A stretch of 64,000 nucleotides of DNA. Origin: Nitrosopumilus sp. Its GTDB lineage: Archaea > Thermoproteota > Nitrososphaeria > Nitrososphaerales > Nitrosopumilaceae. Location of the stretch: assembly GCA_965224195.1 (NCBI GenBank), contig OZ245040.1, positions 1,344,001-1,408,000 on the forward strand. Direction: 5' to 3'. The notes under the pieces are model-generated. The model did no database searches. It was not told where the DNA came from and saw only the letters and a program-made list of their open reading frames with translations. Numbering within the stretch: the first letter of the stretch is position 1; each line of letters begins with the position of its first letter. Of the stretch, positions 9,603-19,665 are shown one piece after another. Made by a program: the position numbers and the translations under genes.

Positions 9603-11528
9603 TTGTCTAAATTTGAATTTATTCCAACTGAAAAACAAATTCAAGAATCTAATATCTACAAATTTATGAAAAAACATGATCTTTCTTCATTGGATGAATT
9701 ATCTCTAAAATCTAAAAATGATCTCGAATGGTTTTGGAAATCTGTAGATGAAGATATTGGAATTGTCTGGGATTCTCCATATGAAAAAATTTTAGATGTT
9801 TCTAAAGGTATTGCATGGTCTAAATGGTTTGTTAACGGTAAAACAAATATCTACAAATCATCAGTAGAAAAATTTGTTAAAAAAACTCCAGATAAAATTG
9901 CATATTATTTTGAATCTGAAGATGGAAAAACATCTCAGATTACTTATTCTGAACTAGATTCTAAAGTTTCAAAACTTGCAAATGGATTAAAATCATTAGG
10001 TATAAGAAAAGGTGATGTAATTGCAATATACTTGCCTATGATTGAGGAGGCCATATTGTCTATTCTTGCTGCCGCAAAAATTGGTGCAATACAAACTATT
10101 GTTTTTTCAGGATATAGTTCTGACTCTTTACATGTGAGATTAAAAGATTGTAATGCCAAAATACTAATTGTATCTGATGGGTTTCATCGTAAAGGGAAAA
10201 TTGTTTCACAAAAAGAATCAATAGAAATTGCATTAAAAGATACTGTAGTTGAAAAGACTATTGTCATCCCATACAAAGGTGTAGATGAATATGTTAAATC
10301 TGAAAATATTGTTTTTTATGATAAACTGGTTTATTCTCAAGATATAATTTGTAAAACTGAAATTTTAGATTCAGAAGATCCTCTTTTCATTTTGTATACC
10401 TCTGGAACCACTGGAAAACCAAAAGGTGTAATTCACACCCATGGCGGTTTTTCTGTATTTGCTGGTCATCAATCTGCATATCTTATTGATACTCAGGCAC
10501 AAGATACCTTGTTTTGGCCTGCTGATATTGGTTGGATTACTGGATTGGTCTGGAATGTTTATGGTCTTTTGATGGTGGGTGCAAGTGCTGTAATTTACGA
10601 TGGGGCATTAGATTTTCCAACATCTGATAGAATTTGGAAGATGTTGTCTGATTATAACGCAACAATTTTTGGAATATCTCCAACTGCTGTAAGATTATTT
10701 AAAAAAAATAATGTTGAACCATTGAAATTATTTTCTTTAGATAAAATCAAAAACATTCCTACTACTGGTGAGCCACTTGATGAAGATTCTTGGTGGTGGC
10801 TGTATGAAAAAGTTGGAAACAAAAAAATCCCCATCATGAATTTGTCTGGTGGTACTGAAATAGGTGGTGCAATGTTATCTGTATTCCCTGGAATGAAATT
10901 AAAATCCTCTACTGTTGGAATACCTGTTCCTGGAATGAATTTGGATGTAGTTGATGATGATCTAAACTCCGTACGAGAGAAAAATGGTTATCTTGTTATA
11001 AAATCCCCCTGGCCTGCAATGACACGTGGTTTACTTAATGATGATAAAAGATATTTGGAAACTTATTGGAATAGATTTGAAAATATTTGGTTTCATGGTG
11101 ATTATGTTTTTGTTGATAAAGATAATCTTTGGTATATGCGTGGAAGAACTGATGATGTAATTAATGTTTCAGGCCATAGAATGAGTACTGTTGAAATTGA
11201 ACACACTGTTATTTCTCACAATAAAATATCTGATGCGGCATCTATTGCTATTTCTGATGATATCACCGGTGAGGCAATTGTAGTGTTTTTTGTAGCAGAT
11301 AAAAAATCTAAAAATATTACCTCTTCCGAAATTTCTGATTATGTCTCTGACAAAATTGGAAAAGTGGCTAGGCCTAAATTTATTTTTCAGTTATCTGATT
11401 TACCGAAAACTAGGACTGGGAAAATTATGCGCAGATTACTAAAATCTAAATTATTGGGAACTGAATTAGGCGATTTGTCTTCTCTTGAAAATGCATATGT
11501 CTTGGATGAAATTGAAAAATTAGGTTGA
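9603..11528 (+). CDS. AMP-forming acyl/acetyl-CoA synthetase
   Basis: YTSGTTGKPKG, ADIGWITG, GRTDDVINVSGHR, LPKTRTGKIMRR. Confidence 0.9.
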   Translation: MSKFEFIPTEKQIQESNIYKFMKKHDLSSLDELSLKSKNDLEWFWKSVDEDIGIVWDSPYEKILDVSKGIAWSKWFVNGKTNIYKSSVEKFVKKTPDKIAYYFESEDGKTSQITYSELDSKVSKLANGLKSLGIRKGDVIAIYLPMIEEAILSILAAAKIGAIQTIVFSGYSSDSLHVRLKDCNAKILIVSDGFHRKGKIVSQKESIEIALKDTVVEKTIVIPYKGVDEYVKSENIVFYDKLVYSQDIICKTEILDSEDPLFILYTSGTTGKPKGVIHTHGGFSVFAGHQSAYLIDTQAQDTLFWPADIGWITGLVWNVYGLLMVGASAVIYDGALDFPTSDRIWKMLSDYNATIFGISPTAVRLFKKNNVEPLKLFSLDKIKNIPTTGEPLDEDSWWWLYEKVGNKKIPIMNLSGGTEIGGAMLSVFPGMKLKSSTVGIPVPGMNLDVVDDDLNSVREKNGYLVIKSPWPAMTRGLLNDDKRYLETYWNRFENIWFHGDYVFVDKDNLWYMRGRTDDVINVSGHRMSTVEIEHTVISHNKISDAASIAISDDITGEAIVVFFVADKKSKNITSSEISDYVSDKIGKVARPKFIFQLSDLPKTRTGKIMRRLLKSKLLGTELGDLSSLENAYVLDEIEKLG

Positions 11529-11597
11529 TAAAATCTAGCTCTTTGATATTTTCTATTTCACGTTTTATCTATAATTCATTCATGATTAGATACATCA

Positions 11598-12956
11598 TTG
11601 AAGTTTGTAGTTGATCAACATGTAGAGGACATTGAGATGCCTGAAAATCTCAAATTAAACACGTTTTTACAGGAATTCCATTCTGATTGCCCTCATTCTG
11701 AATGTAGTTTTGGATTCTATGGATTTGCATTTGGACAGTCTCCATTTCCAGTTCCTAAACAAATTCAAGAGGCGCTAATCAAAAATGCTGACAAAGGTGC
11801 ATATGCTGCAGTTCCTGGAATCCCTGAATTAAGATCTGCCATATCCAAATACAATAAACATTATTTTGGAATGGACGTAGCTCCTGAAAGAATCTATGTT
11901 GGCCCTGGCACTAAAGAACTAATTTTTAATCTTTTAGAGATTTTACATGGGACTGTGATATTGCCAACTCCTGCATGGTTAGGATATCTTCCACAAATTA
12001 GATTTTTGAAAAAAAACTACCACATGCTACCTACTCGTGCAAATAAAAAAATTTCTCCAAACGATTTGAGAAAATTAGCATTACGATTACAAGACCGACA
12101 AAAGATTCTGATACTAAATAATCCTCATAATCCTACTGGTCTATTGTATGATGAATTAGAATTAGAAGAAATAGCAGATGTGTGCAGAGAACAAAACATA
12201 GCAGTAATTTCTGATGAGATTTACGCTCTTACTACATATGATTTTTCAAAATTTGTAAGTATGGGAAAAATTTACCCTGAAGGGACCTTTGTAACAAACG
12301 GATTATCAAAATCTCATGCTGCAGGAGGATATAGACTAGGATATGTTATTTTCCCACAACATGCTATTGATCTAAGAAGACAATTTAAAAAAATACTTGC
12401 AACTGAATACACTGCGGTATCTACTCCAATACAACATGCTGCTGTTGCAGGATTTGAAATCACTAAAGAAATGGATGAATATTTTGATGTAACTCGAAAC
12501 ATTCATCAAATAATGGGGGACTATACTTATCATGCTTTAACTGCTATAGATGGTGTCAAAGCAACAAAACCTGATGCGACATTTTATCTCTTGGCTGATT
12601 TTAATGCATTTGCAACTGATTTACAAAAAGCAAAAATTAATACATCTCAAAAATTATCTGAATCTCTGATTATTCATCCTTATCATACTGCAATTGTTGG
12701 TGGAGATAGTCTTGTTTTGGAAAGAACTGATTTTAGTGCTAGAATTGCATATGTTGATTATGATGGAGCCAAAGTATACCAAAAATATCTTGAAAACAAA
12801 CCAAAATCTCATTCTGAAAAAATGGAATTTGTAAAAAAGAATGCTCCAAAAGTTGTAGCAGGCATTGACATGATTGCTGATTTCTTTACTAATCTTAGAA
12901 AAGACACACTACAAGAATTACAGGTTAAAAAAAATTCCATGATTGCTTCAAATTAA
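11598..12956 (+). CDS. PLP-dependent aminotransferase class I/II
   Basis: NNPHNPTG, SDEIY, GLSKSHAAGGYRLG. Confidence 0.9.
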   Translation: MKFVVDQHVEDIEMPENLKLNTFLQEFHSDCPHSECSFGFYGFAFGQSPFPVPKQIQEALIKNADKGAYAAVPGIPELRSAISKYNKHYFGMDVAPERIYVGPGTKELIFNLLEILHGTVILPTPAWLGYLPQIRFLKKNYHMLPTRANKKISPNDLRKLALRLQDRQKILILNNPHNPTGLLYDELELEEIADVCREQNIAVISDEIYALTTYDFSKFVSMGKIYPEGTFVTNGLSKSHAAGGYRLGYVIFPQHAIDLRRQFKKILATEYTAVSTPIQHAAVAGFEITKEMDEYFDVTRNIHQIMGDYTYHALTAIDGVKATKPDATFYLLADFNAFATDLQKAKINTSQKLSESLIIHPYHTAIVGGDSLVLERTDFSARIAYVDYDGAKVYQKYLENKPKSHSEKMEFVKKNAPKVVAGIDMIADFFTNLRKDTLQELQVKKNSMIASN

Positions 12957-12998
12957 TTTCAATTTTTCATATTCATCTATGTTTATTATATGCAAAAG

Positions 12999-13682
12999 TT
13001 AAATGCCAATTTCTTTTTTTTCGACAGATCTATTATTTTCTGATGCATTGATAGGTTTTTTTGGAATTTTAAAAAAGAATGTTGTTTGAATATTTTCTTC
13101 ACTTTCAACCCAAATTTTACCTCCTAAACCTTCAACGATACCTTTACAAATTGCTAAACCTAAACCGCTCCCTTCTTTTTTCCTCTTTGATGGTGTATCT
13201 ACTTGATAGAATTTTTTAAATAATTCCTTTTGGTTTTCATCTGGAATTCCTAAACCATTATCTTGAATAAAAAATTCTATATTTTTTAAATTATTTTTCA
13301 TTCCTATTACAACACATCCTGTATTTGGAGAAACATAATCTATTGAATTTTTAATTAAATTAGAAAATACTTGATTGATCCTATCTTTGTCACTAAGAAT
13401 TTGAATATCTTCATTGAAATTTGCAGTTATTTCTATTTTTTTCTCAATTGCTATTGGATCAAATTCTTTAATTAACCCATGTAGTAACTCTGAAACATCT
13501 ATATTTTCTTCATTAAAAACCAATTTTCCTAAATCTAATTTTTGTGTTGTTAAAATATCTCCAATTAATTTTTCTAGTTTAATTGTTGATGTATAAATCT
13601 CATCTACTGCATCTCTTTGACTTTCATTTAATTTTCCAAATAATTCTTCTTTTTGTAACATTTGGACAAGTTCAAAGAACAT
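12999..13682 (-). pseudogene. Histidine kinase remnant (HATPase domain; H-box and sensor missing)
   Basis: QVFSNLIKNS, DNGLGIP, GSGLGLAIC boxes present; no HELxTP motif. Confidence 0.7.
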
Positions 13683-13772
13683 TCATCTCTAATAATATAA
13701 TACAATATTACTTGTTAGAATCAAACTCGTCTTCCTCTTTATATACAAAATTACCTTAGTTTTTCTATAGAT

Positions 13773-14509
13773 ATGGATTCAACCTATTCTAAAATAAAAA
13801 CAGCAATTCCGGGAGTAGATTCCGTAATATCTGGCGGATTAAAGCCTGGATGTTCAGTAACTGTGTCAGGACCTCCTGGTAGTGGAAAAACCACCTTTGG
13901 CTTACAATTTTTACATTCAGGAGCAAATAACTTTGATGAATCTGGGATTTACGTTACACTATCTCAAAATATTGAAGAGGTGAAAAAGGACTGTAAATTA
14001 TATGGCTGGGACTTTGATAATTTGATATCTCAGGATAAGATATTGATGATTGATGCTAGGCCATTCAAAATGCAAGACGAATTGATTGGCAAAGATGACT
14101 CATTATATCGTGGAGAGCAATTACCGTTTGAACATTTAACAAAATTGATACTTAGCAGTATTAAACGAGTTGAAGCTAAAAGAGTTGTAATTGATTCTGT
14201 TACAATTCTTGCCATGCAATATTCGGATAAATTTTACATGAGACAAGGATTACAGGGAATGGTTCAGGCATTAGAAAATTTTGGAGTTACTAGTTTGATA
14301 CTATCAGAATATTCTGAAAATAACGAAATCCCATTAGGTGGTTTGTAACTTCTGGAATTATTCATTTACGTCATACTAGAATTGAAGATACGATGGAGAG
14401 AACAATTCAAGTCACCAAAATGAGGGGAATTAAACATAGTGAACAAATTCACCCAATCGATCTTAATTCTGACGGCTTACAATTATTGCATCCGAGATTA
14501 ATGCCTTGA
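13773..14509 (+). pseudogene. KaiC/RAD55-family ATPase with 1-nt frameshift near 14337
   Basis: GPPGSGKTT and VVIDS; C-terminal WFVTSGIIHLRH...VTKMRGIKHS continues in another frame to TGA at 14507-14509. Confidence 0.8.
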
Positions 14510-15733
14510 TTATTTCTTTTTTCTAATTTGCTGTGCAATTAATGGTAAAAAGGCTCCAACATCAGATACAATTCCTAATGCTTGCCAAGTTCCTCTATCC
14601 ATAAGTTTAGTGACAGTTGGTTGACTGATATCTACAACAATCACTTTAACATTTGCTGGAAGCATATTCCCTGTTGCAATAGAATGTAACATGGTAGAAA
14701 TCATAATAACCATACTTGCATCTTTTAGTACTTTTTTGTATTCTCTTTGAGCTTGTGCAACATCTATAATTACATCTGGTAATGGTCCGTCATCTCTAAT
14801 AGATCCTGCTAATACGAATGGTACTTTGTTTTTTACACATTCATACATTATTCCTTTGGTTAATTTTTTACTTTTTACCATGTTTGCAATAGAGCCTGCT
14901 TTGAACACTGCATTGATTGTATCCATATGATTCCTATGTCCATGATATGCTAGTGTTGCATCATGCACATTCATTCCTAAAGACGTGCCTAACGTCGCAT
15001 ATTCGATATCATGCACAGCTAATGCATTTCCAGCTAAAACTCCGTCAATGTATCCTAATCTAATTAATTCTGATACTGAATCATCTGCACCCGTGTGGAC
15101 AATCGCAGGACCGCCAACAATTATAATTTTTCCTCCATTCTTTTTTGTATTGTAAATATCATCTGCAACTTGTTTTGCAATATGTTGTGTTGGTCTTTCA
15201 CTAGAGTTTGAGCTTCCCATAAATTCAAAAACATTAACTCCACCCCTTGGGCGTTCTGGTGGTGTAATTTTGATACCGTTCTCACCTACAATTATTTGAT
15301 CACCTTTTTTTACATCTCTAACTGTAACACAAAATGCCCTGTTCCCTTTTACAACTATGCATTTATCCATCATCATGTTTTCTACTTGAATCCACTTTTC
15401 TTTATGAAAAACTTGAGTATGGTTATTTGTTGTACTGTAAAAGTTATCTGGCATGACATAATTTTTTGGAGATTTTTTTAAAGTGATTTGTTGTTGGATT
15501 TTTGATACTGCTCCTAATCTGTACACTGTCTCTAAAATTTCATCTAGGTGTTTTTGATTTTTCCCTGTAATTAATAATCGTGCAAATGATTGATCTTTTT
15601 TCTTTTTTCCAATTTCTATTTCTTGAACCTCAAATTCTCCTTGTAAATCCATAATTTTATCAAAAATCTTAGTCAAAATTGAAGAATCAATTAAATGTCC
15701 TTCTACTTCAATTTCTTGAAAAAATTTACTCAT
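14510..15733 (-). CDS. TIGR00300/LOR-SDH-like protein (ornithine cyclodeaminase type)
   Basis: EGHLIDS, FYSTTN, FEFMGS, GNALAVHDIE, LAGSIRDDGPLP, KLMDRG. Confidence 0.85.
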   Translation of the reverse strand: MSKFFQEIEVEGHLIDSSILTKIFDKIMDLQGEFEVQEIEIGKKKKDQSFARLLITGKNQKHLDEILETVYRLGAVSKIQQQITLKKSPKNYVMPDNFYSTTNNHTQVFHKEKWIQVENMMMDKCIVVKGNRAFCVTVRDVKKGDQIIVGENGIKITPPERPRGGVNVFEFMGSSNSSERPTQHIAKQVADDIYNTKKNGGKIIIVGGPAIVHTGADDSVSELIRLGYIDGVLAGNALAVHDIEYATLGTSLGMNVHDATLAYHGHRNHMDTINAVFKAGSIANMVKSKKLTKGIMYECVKNKVPFVLAGSIRDDGPLPDVIIDVAQAQREYKKVLKDASMVIMISTMLHSIATGNMLPANVKVIVVDISQPTVTKLMDRGTWQALGIVSDVGAFLPLIAQQIRKKK

Positions 15734-15784
15734 TTATTACGTCTGAACTATATCATAACTAAAGCTTACGTTTTTTTTGTGAGC

Positions 15785-16162
15785 CTAAATAGGTAAGATT
15801 ACTTTACCTTCAAACTTTGGAATATTGTCTGATTGGAATGCTTTTTCCAATATTTCTTTCTGTTCTTTAGTGACCCCCTGAACAATTGTTTTAGACGCAC
15901 CTGTTTTATCCACTAGTGCAAGAATATAGCCACTATTATCAGTCAGTACAAAACCTGCTGATTCATCAACAAATGCATATAGATTTTCTTTGCCAACAGG
16001 TGACCATATGTTCGATTTATTTGCAGCAAGAGCTAATGCGGGCATGGCTTTACCATTTGTTAAAGTGTTAAGGTATTCTCTTGCCTCTGCTACTCTCTTT
16101 TGACCTAATTTTAAAGCCTGAAAATATTGCATGATTCCAACTAATGTAATTGTTATAACCAT
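15785..16162 (-). CDS. Hypothetical protein
   Basis: ORF with normal composition; start probably at MQYFQ. Confidence 0.7.
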   Translation of the reverse strand: MVITITLVGIMQYFQALKLGQKRVAEAREYLNTLTNGKAMPALALAANKSNIWSPVGKENLYAFVDESAGFVLTDNSGYILALVDKTGASKTIVQGVTKEQKEILEKAFQSDNIPKFEGKVILPI

Positions 16163-16209
16163 TTTACTTCTACTAAAGATTTGTATATAATCTCAAAACA
16201 ATACAAAAT

Positions 16210-16503
16210 ATGCCTCTGACAAATAATGTGATTGTCAAATTAAATGAAATTACTACTATTGTTGAAGATAAATCAAAACTTACAGAATCTGAAATTAATG
16301 AAATTAAATTAATTTTCAAAGAACTGGTTGAAAAAAATGAGCGATATGATCTTGATGAAATAGAATTTTGGTTTAAAAATGAAGGTAATTGGACTACTAG
16401 GGAACCTCGAATTAGAATAGTAAATCTTGCAAATTATGTCCAAGACAAATATCAACAAACAGCCCATCTTAGAATCATATCTGATGATGATTGTGGTTGT
16501 TGA
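16210..16503 (+). CDS. Hypothetical protein
   Basis: 97-aa ORF. Confidence 0.7.
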   Translation: MPLTNNVIVKLNEITTIVEDKSKLTESEINEIKLIFKELVEKNERYDLDEIEFWFKNEGNWTTREPRIRIVNLANYVQDKYQQTAHLRIISDDDCGC

Positions 16504-16505
16504 AA

Positions 16506-16745
16506 CTAAGTCTCTAATTTTTCTAACAATCTGCCAACAATTTTAGCATTTTCTGTTCGCTCATCCATTATTACTTTAATCCGAATATCATTTTTGGTGC
16601 CATTTGAAATTATTTGGAAATATTCTTCATCTAGATCATTATTTGCTTGTAACCTTTTGATTACTTCAAATAATATTCCTATGACTTGTTTTTGAGCATC
16701 AATTAATTCATCTTTTTCAGCTTCTGACATGTTATTTACTCTCAA
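16506..16745 (-). CDS. Small hypothetical protein
   Basis: Coupled to the HD gene. Confidence 0.65.
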   Translation of the reverse strand: MRVNNMSEAEKDELIDAQKQVIGILFEVIKRLQANNDLDEEYFQIISNGTKNDIRIKVIMDERTENAKIVGRLLEKLET

Positions 16746-17265
16746 TTATATTTCTAAATAATTCTTTTAGTTTTGGATTGGTAATCCCTTTCTTTGCAGA
16801 TTGATAAAATGATTCTAGTTGTTCTTTAGAATAACCTCCCTCTTGGTATATTTTGGCTTGTAGGGCCATCTCTAATCTATCAAGTTGATGTACTATCTGA
16901 GATTCGGGAGAACTATTTTCCCGATATTCTTTCCACAAGTTCTCATATTGAGATTTTATTGAATTAGGCAAATCTTCTAAAATTTTTAAAAATGCAGTAT
17001 TTTCAATTTTATTCTTTTTCTCAAAATCTATCTGACCTGGAGTATAATCTCCTATTTTTGATTCAGCTAAATCATGTAGTAATATCATCTTGAGAATTTT
17101 CTCTGAATTGTAATTTTCCATATCCGATACTATCATACCCATCATTGCCATGGAATACGAATGATCAGCAACTGATTCAGGATTCGCTATAGATAATTTA
17201 TCAATCCATCCTTGCCGTAGAATTTTTTTTAAACCTATAGCAGTTTTGAAAAAATCTATTATCAT
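16732..17265 (-). CDS. HD-domain hydrolase (YfbR/HDDC2-like)
   Basis: RQGW, ESVADHS, LLHDLAES..GD, LDRLEM. Confidence 0.9.
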   Translation of the reverse strand: MIIDFFKTAIGLKKILRQGWIDKLSIANPESVADHSYSMAMMGMIVSDMENYNSEKILKMILLHDLAESKIGDYTPGQIDFEKKNKIENTAFLKILEDLPNSIKSQYENLWKEYRENSSPESQIVHQLDRLEMALQAKIYQEGGYSKEQLESFYQSAKKGITNPKLKELFRNIIESK

Positions 17266-17317
17266 GATATTACATCATTTCGAATCACATAATAGTTATT
17301 TCAAATTTAGTAAATTA

Positions 17318-17854
17318 TTGAAAATCTACACTAAAACGGGAGATGATGGAAATACAGGCTTGCAAGGAAATTACAGAATAGGCAAATCTCATCCCAGAAT
17401 AATTTCATATGGTACGGTAGATGAGGCAAATGCTGCACTTGGCATTGTTTTATCAAATTTACTAGATAGTGATGTAAATGCTGTTTTGACTGAAATTCAA
17501 AATGATTTATTTTTGCTTGGTGCTGATCTTTCTAATCCCAATCTTAATGATCTTAAAAATAGAGTTTCTTTAGAAATGATAGAAAAATTGGAACAATATA
17601 TTGATAAATTTGAACTAGAATTGCCCCCTTTGACAAATTTTATACTACCAGGAGGGGATCCTTCTGCTGCACAATTACATTATGTGAGAACTGTTGTGAG
17701 AAGGGCAGAATCACAAACTGTTCTACTTAGTGAAAAAGACGAAATTAACTCAAATTGTATAAAATATCTTAATCGTTTATCTGATCTATTTTTTGTAATG
17801 GGTCGTCTTATCAATAAAAGAAAAAACATAGACGATATTCCTTGGAAGATCTGA
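17318..17854 (+). CDS. ATP:cob(I)alamin adenosyltransferase, PduO type
   Basis: KIYTKTGDDG, YGTVDEAN, FILPGG, RTVVRRAE, YLNRLSDLFF; TTG start inferred. Confidence 0.9.
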   Translation: MKIYTKTGDDGNTGLQGNYRIGKSHPRIISYGTVDEANAALGIVLSNLLDSDVNAVLTEIQNDLFLLGADLSNPNLNDLKNRVSLEMIEKLEQYIDKFELELPPLTNFILPGGDPSAAQLHYVRTVVRRAESQTVLLSEKDEINSNCIKYLNRLSDLFFVMGRLINKRKNIDDIPWKI

Positions 17855-17897
17855 AAAGACAAACTTTAATTCCTCAACATTATTCATTTTTTTAAGT

Positions 17898-17974
17898 GCC
17901 GAGGTAGCTCAGCCTGGAAGAGCACTCGGCTGAAGACCGGGCTGTCGCTTGTTCAAATCATGCCCTCGGCACCA
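17898..17974 (+). tRNA. tRNA-Phe(GAA) with encoded CCA
   Basis: Acceptor stem GCCGAGG/CCTCGGC, D arm GCTC/GAGC, anticodon loop CTGAAGA, T loop TTCAAAT. Confidence 0.93.
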
Positions 17975-18304
17975 TTTTACATTGAAAAGGCATAGGTCTA
18001 TTTTTGAAATCCCCCTTCAATATTATTAAAAAACTTGATATTGTCAAATTGATAAAATCTTACATAGCACTACCATGTAATTTCTTAAAAGTTATTTTTA
18101 AGATAATTTAGTAATTTTCAAATAAGAGTAAACCTACAATTCAAAGTAATGGTACAATGATATTTTCAAATAGTGTATCTGTAACTAATGTATCTGTATC
18201 TGGCATATACCTCATAATATTATACCATTATGCGGGAGATGATATTATTGGTATTGATTATTCTTTACCTTTTATGGTTAGTTAACAATAATCATAACAC
18301 ATGT

Positions 18305-18351
18305 GGTTCTGTCAAGTTTTGAGGATCAGAACACTATAGTCTGTCAGAACC
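18305..18351. mobile_element. 47-bp mini element with IS6-like ends
   Basis: GGTTCTGTCAAG ... TGTCAGAACC imperfect terminal inverted repeats; same 14-mer at 52710-52723. Confidence 0.4.
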
Positions 18352-18492
18352 ATTTCTTTGAGAGATTCGACATGACTTTGATTATTTTAGCTCAATTTCC
18401 AATCCTCTTTTCAAGAATTTAAGACAAGACCAGACAAGCTGGCAGAACCCAAAAATAGGAAATATTATTTACTGTAAAAATTAAAGTTTGGT

Positions 18493-19665
18493 GTGAACTG
18501 CCTTTTTTTATACTTGCATTGGCTCTAGTCGGAGTCTCATCTGTGGCATATGCTGATAATACGCCGCAAGGCGTATCACTAACACGTAACGATAATGGCA
18601 CGGCCACACTGTCATGAAATGCACAAGATGGTGTTACTCAATACATCATAAAGAGTGCCTGTCTAGCTACCACAAATAATGATGGTAGTAAAATAAAGGG
18701 CAAAATAGCACTAGATGGTGATGTACAATCACATACCTTTGATGCTGCTGATGAGAAATCTTGCAAGGTTAGTATCCGTACATTAGATGAAAATAATGTC
18801 AGATCAGACAATGTAAAGATAGTCATGGCAAGTAACGAGTCCACTGGAGAGTTAGTACAGGATATCAACAACAGATACACTCGTACGCCTAGCTTTGACC
18901 AAGGTCTAAAGCCAACCTCTGTAACTGCTACGGCATGGCCTGATGATACAGCAACTGTAACATGGGCTACACCATCAAACACTGGTGGTAGAACCGTTGA
19001 GTCATACAATGTAAAGGAGACAGCTGACTGCTTTAACAACTTGGCACATTCTGAACCAACATATGAAGAAAGTGTTGATGGCAATACCTTGAGCATTGAG
19101 ACTGGTCCGGCATCACCAAACGCTGATGACTGCATATTTCAGGTTCAAGCAGTCTATGCTGGCGACCTTCAATCTATGTGGTCTTCACGTACAGGCACAG
19201 ATACCTCATACCGCGATGCATATGGCGGCGGCAAGCTAGGAAAAGTCACAAGCTTTTCTGCCACAGCAGTAAAGGATGGTAACGGTGCAGACTTTACAGT
19301 AGAGTGGAATCCACCTGCAAACGTTAGTGACGTTCCAGTAGACAGATACCATGTCAATTTATGTGTAGAGTCTAGCAAGTCAAAATACAGTCAGATCCTC
19401 TCAGGAGGTGATGCCTCGTACACTGCTACAATAAGTGACGTGTCCAAAGACGAATTCCGCCATCCCGCTCCAAGCCATTGAGATCCCATCCTATCGCGCT
19501 ACAATAAGTGACGTGTCCAAAGACGAATTCCGCCAAACCAAGTTCTATTCTTCTGGCACGGATTTCACGAATGCGGAAAAAACCAAACGTGGTGAGGTAA
19601 TTCTCGACGCCAACGATCCTTTTGTGTGTACTGTTACAGTAACTGCAGTAGGTGAAGGCAACTAG
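18493..19665 (+). pseudogene. Secreted fibronectin type III repeat protein, disrupted
   Basis: Signal peptide ILALALVGVSSVAYA out of frame with GTG across a T7 tract; in-frame TGA at 18615 where the paralogue has Trp; Fn3 motifs (ATVTWATP, FTVEWNPP); 73-bp insertion; truncated by IS at 19665. Confidence 0.75.
19425..19535. repeat. Two identical 38-bp direct repeats separated by a 35-bp unique segment
   Basis: GCTACAATAAGTGACGTGTCCAAAGACGAATTCCGCCA at 19425-19462 and 19498-19535. Confidence 0.9.
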
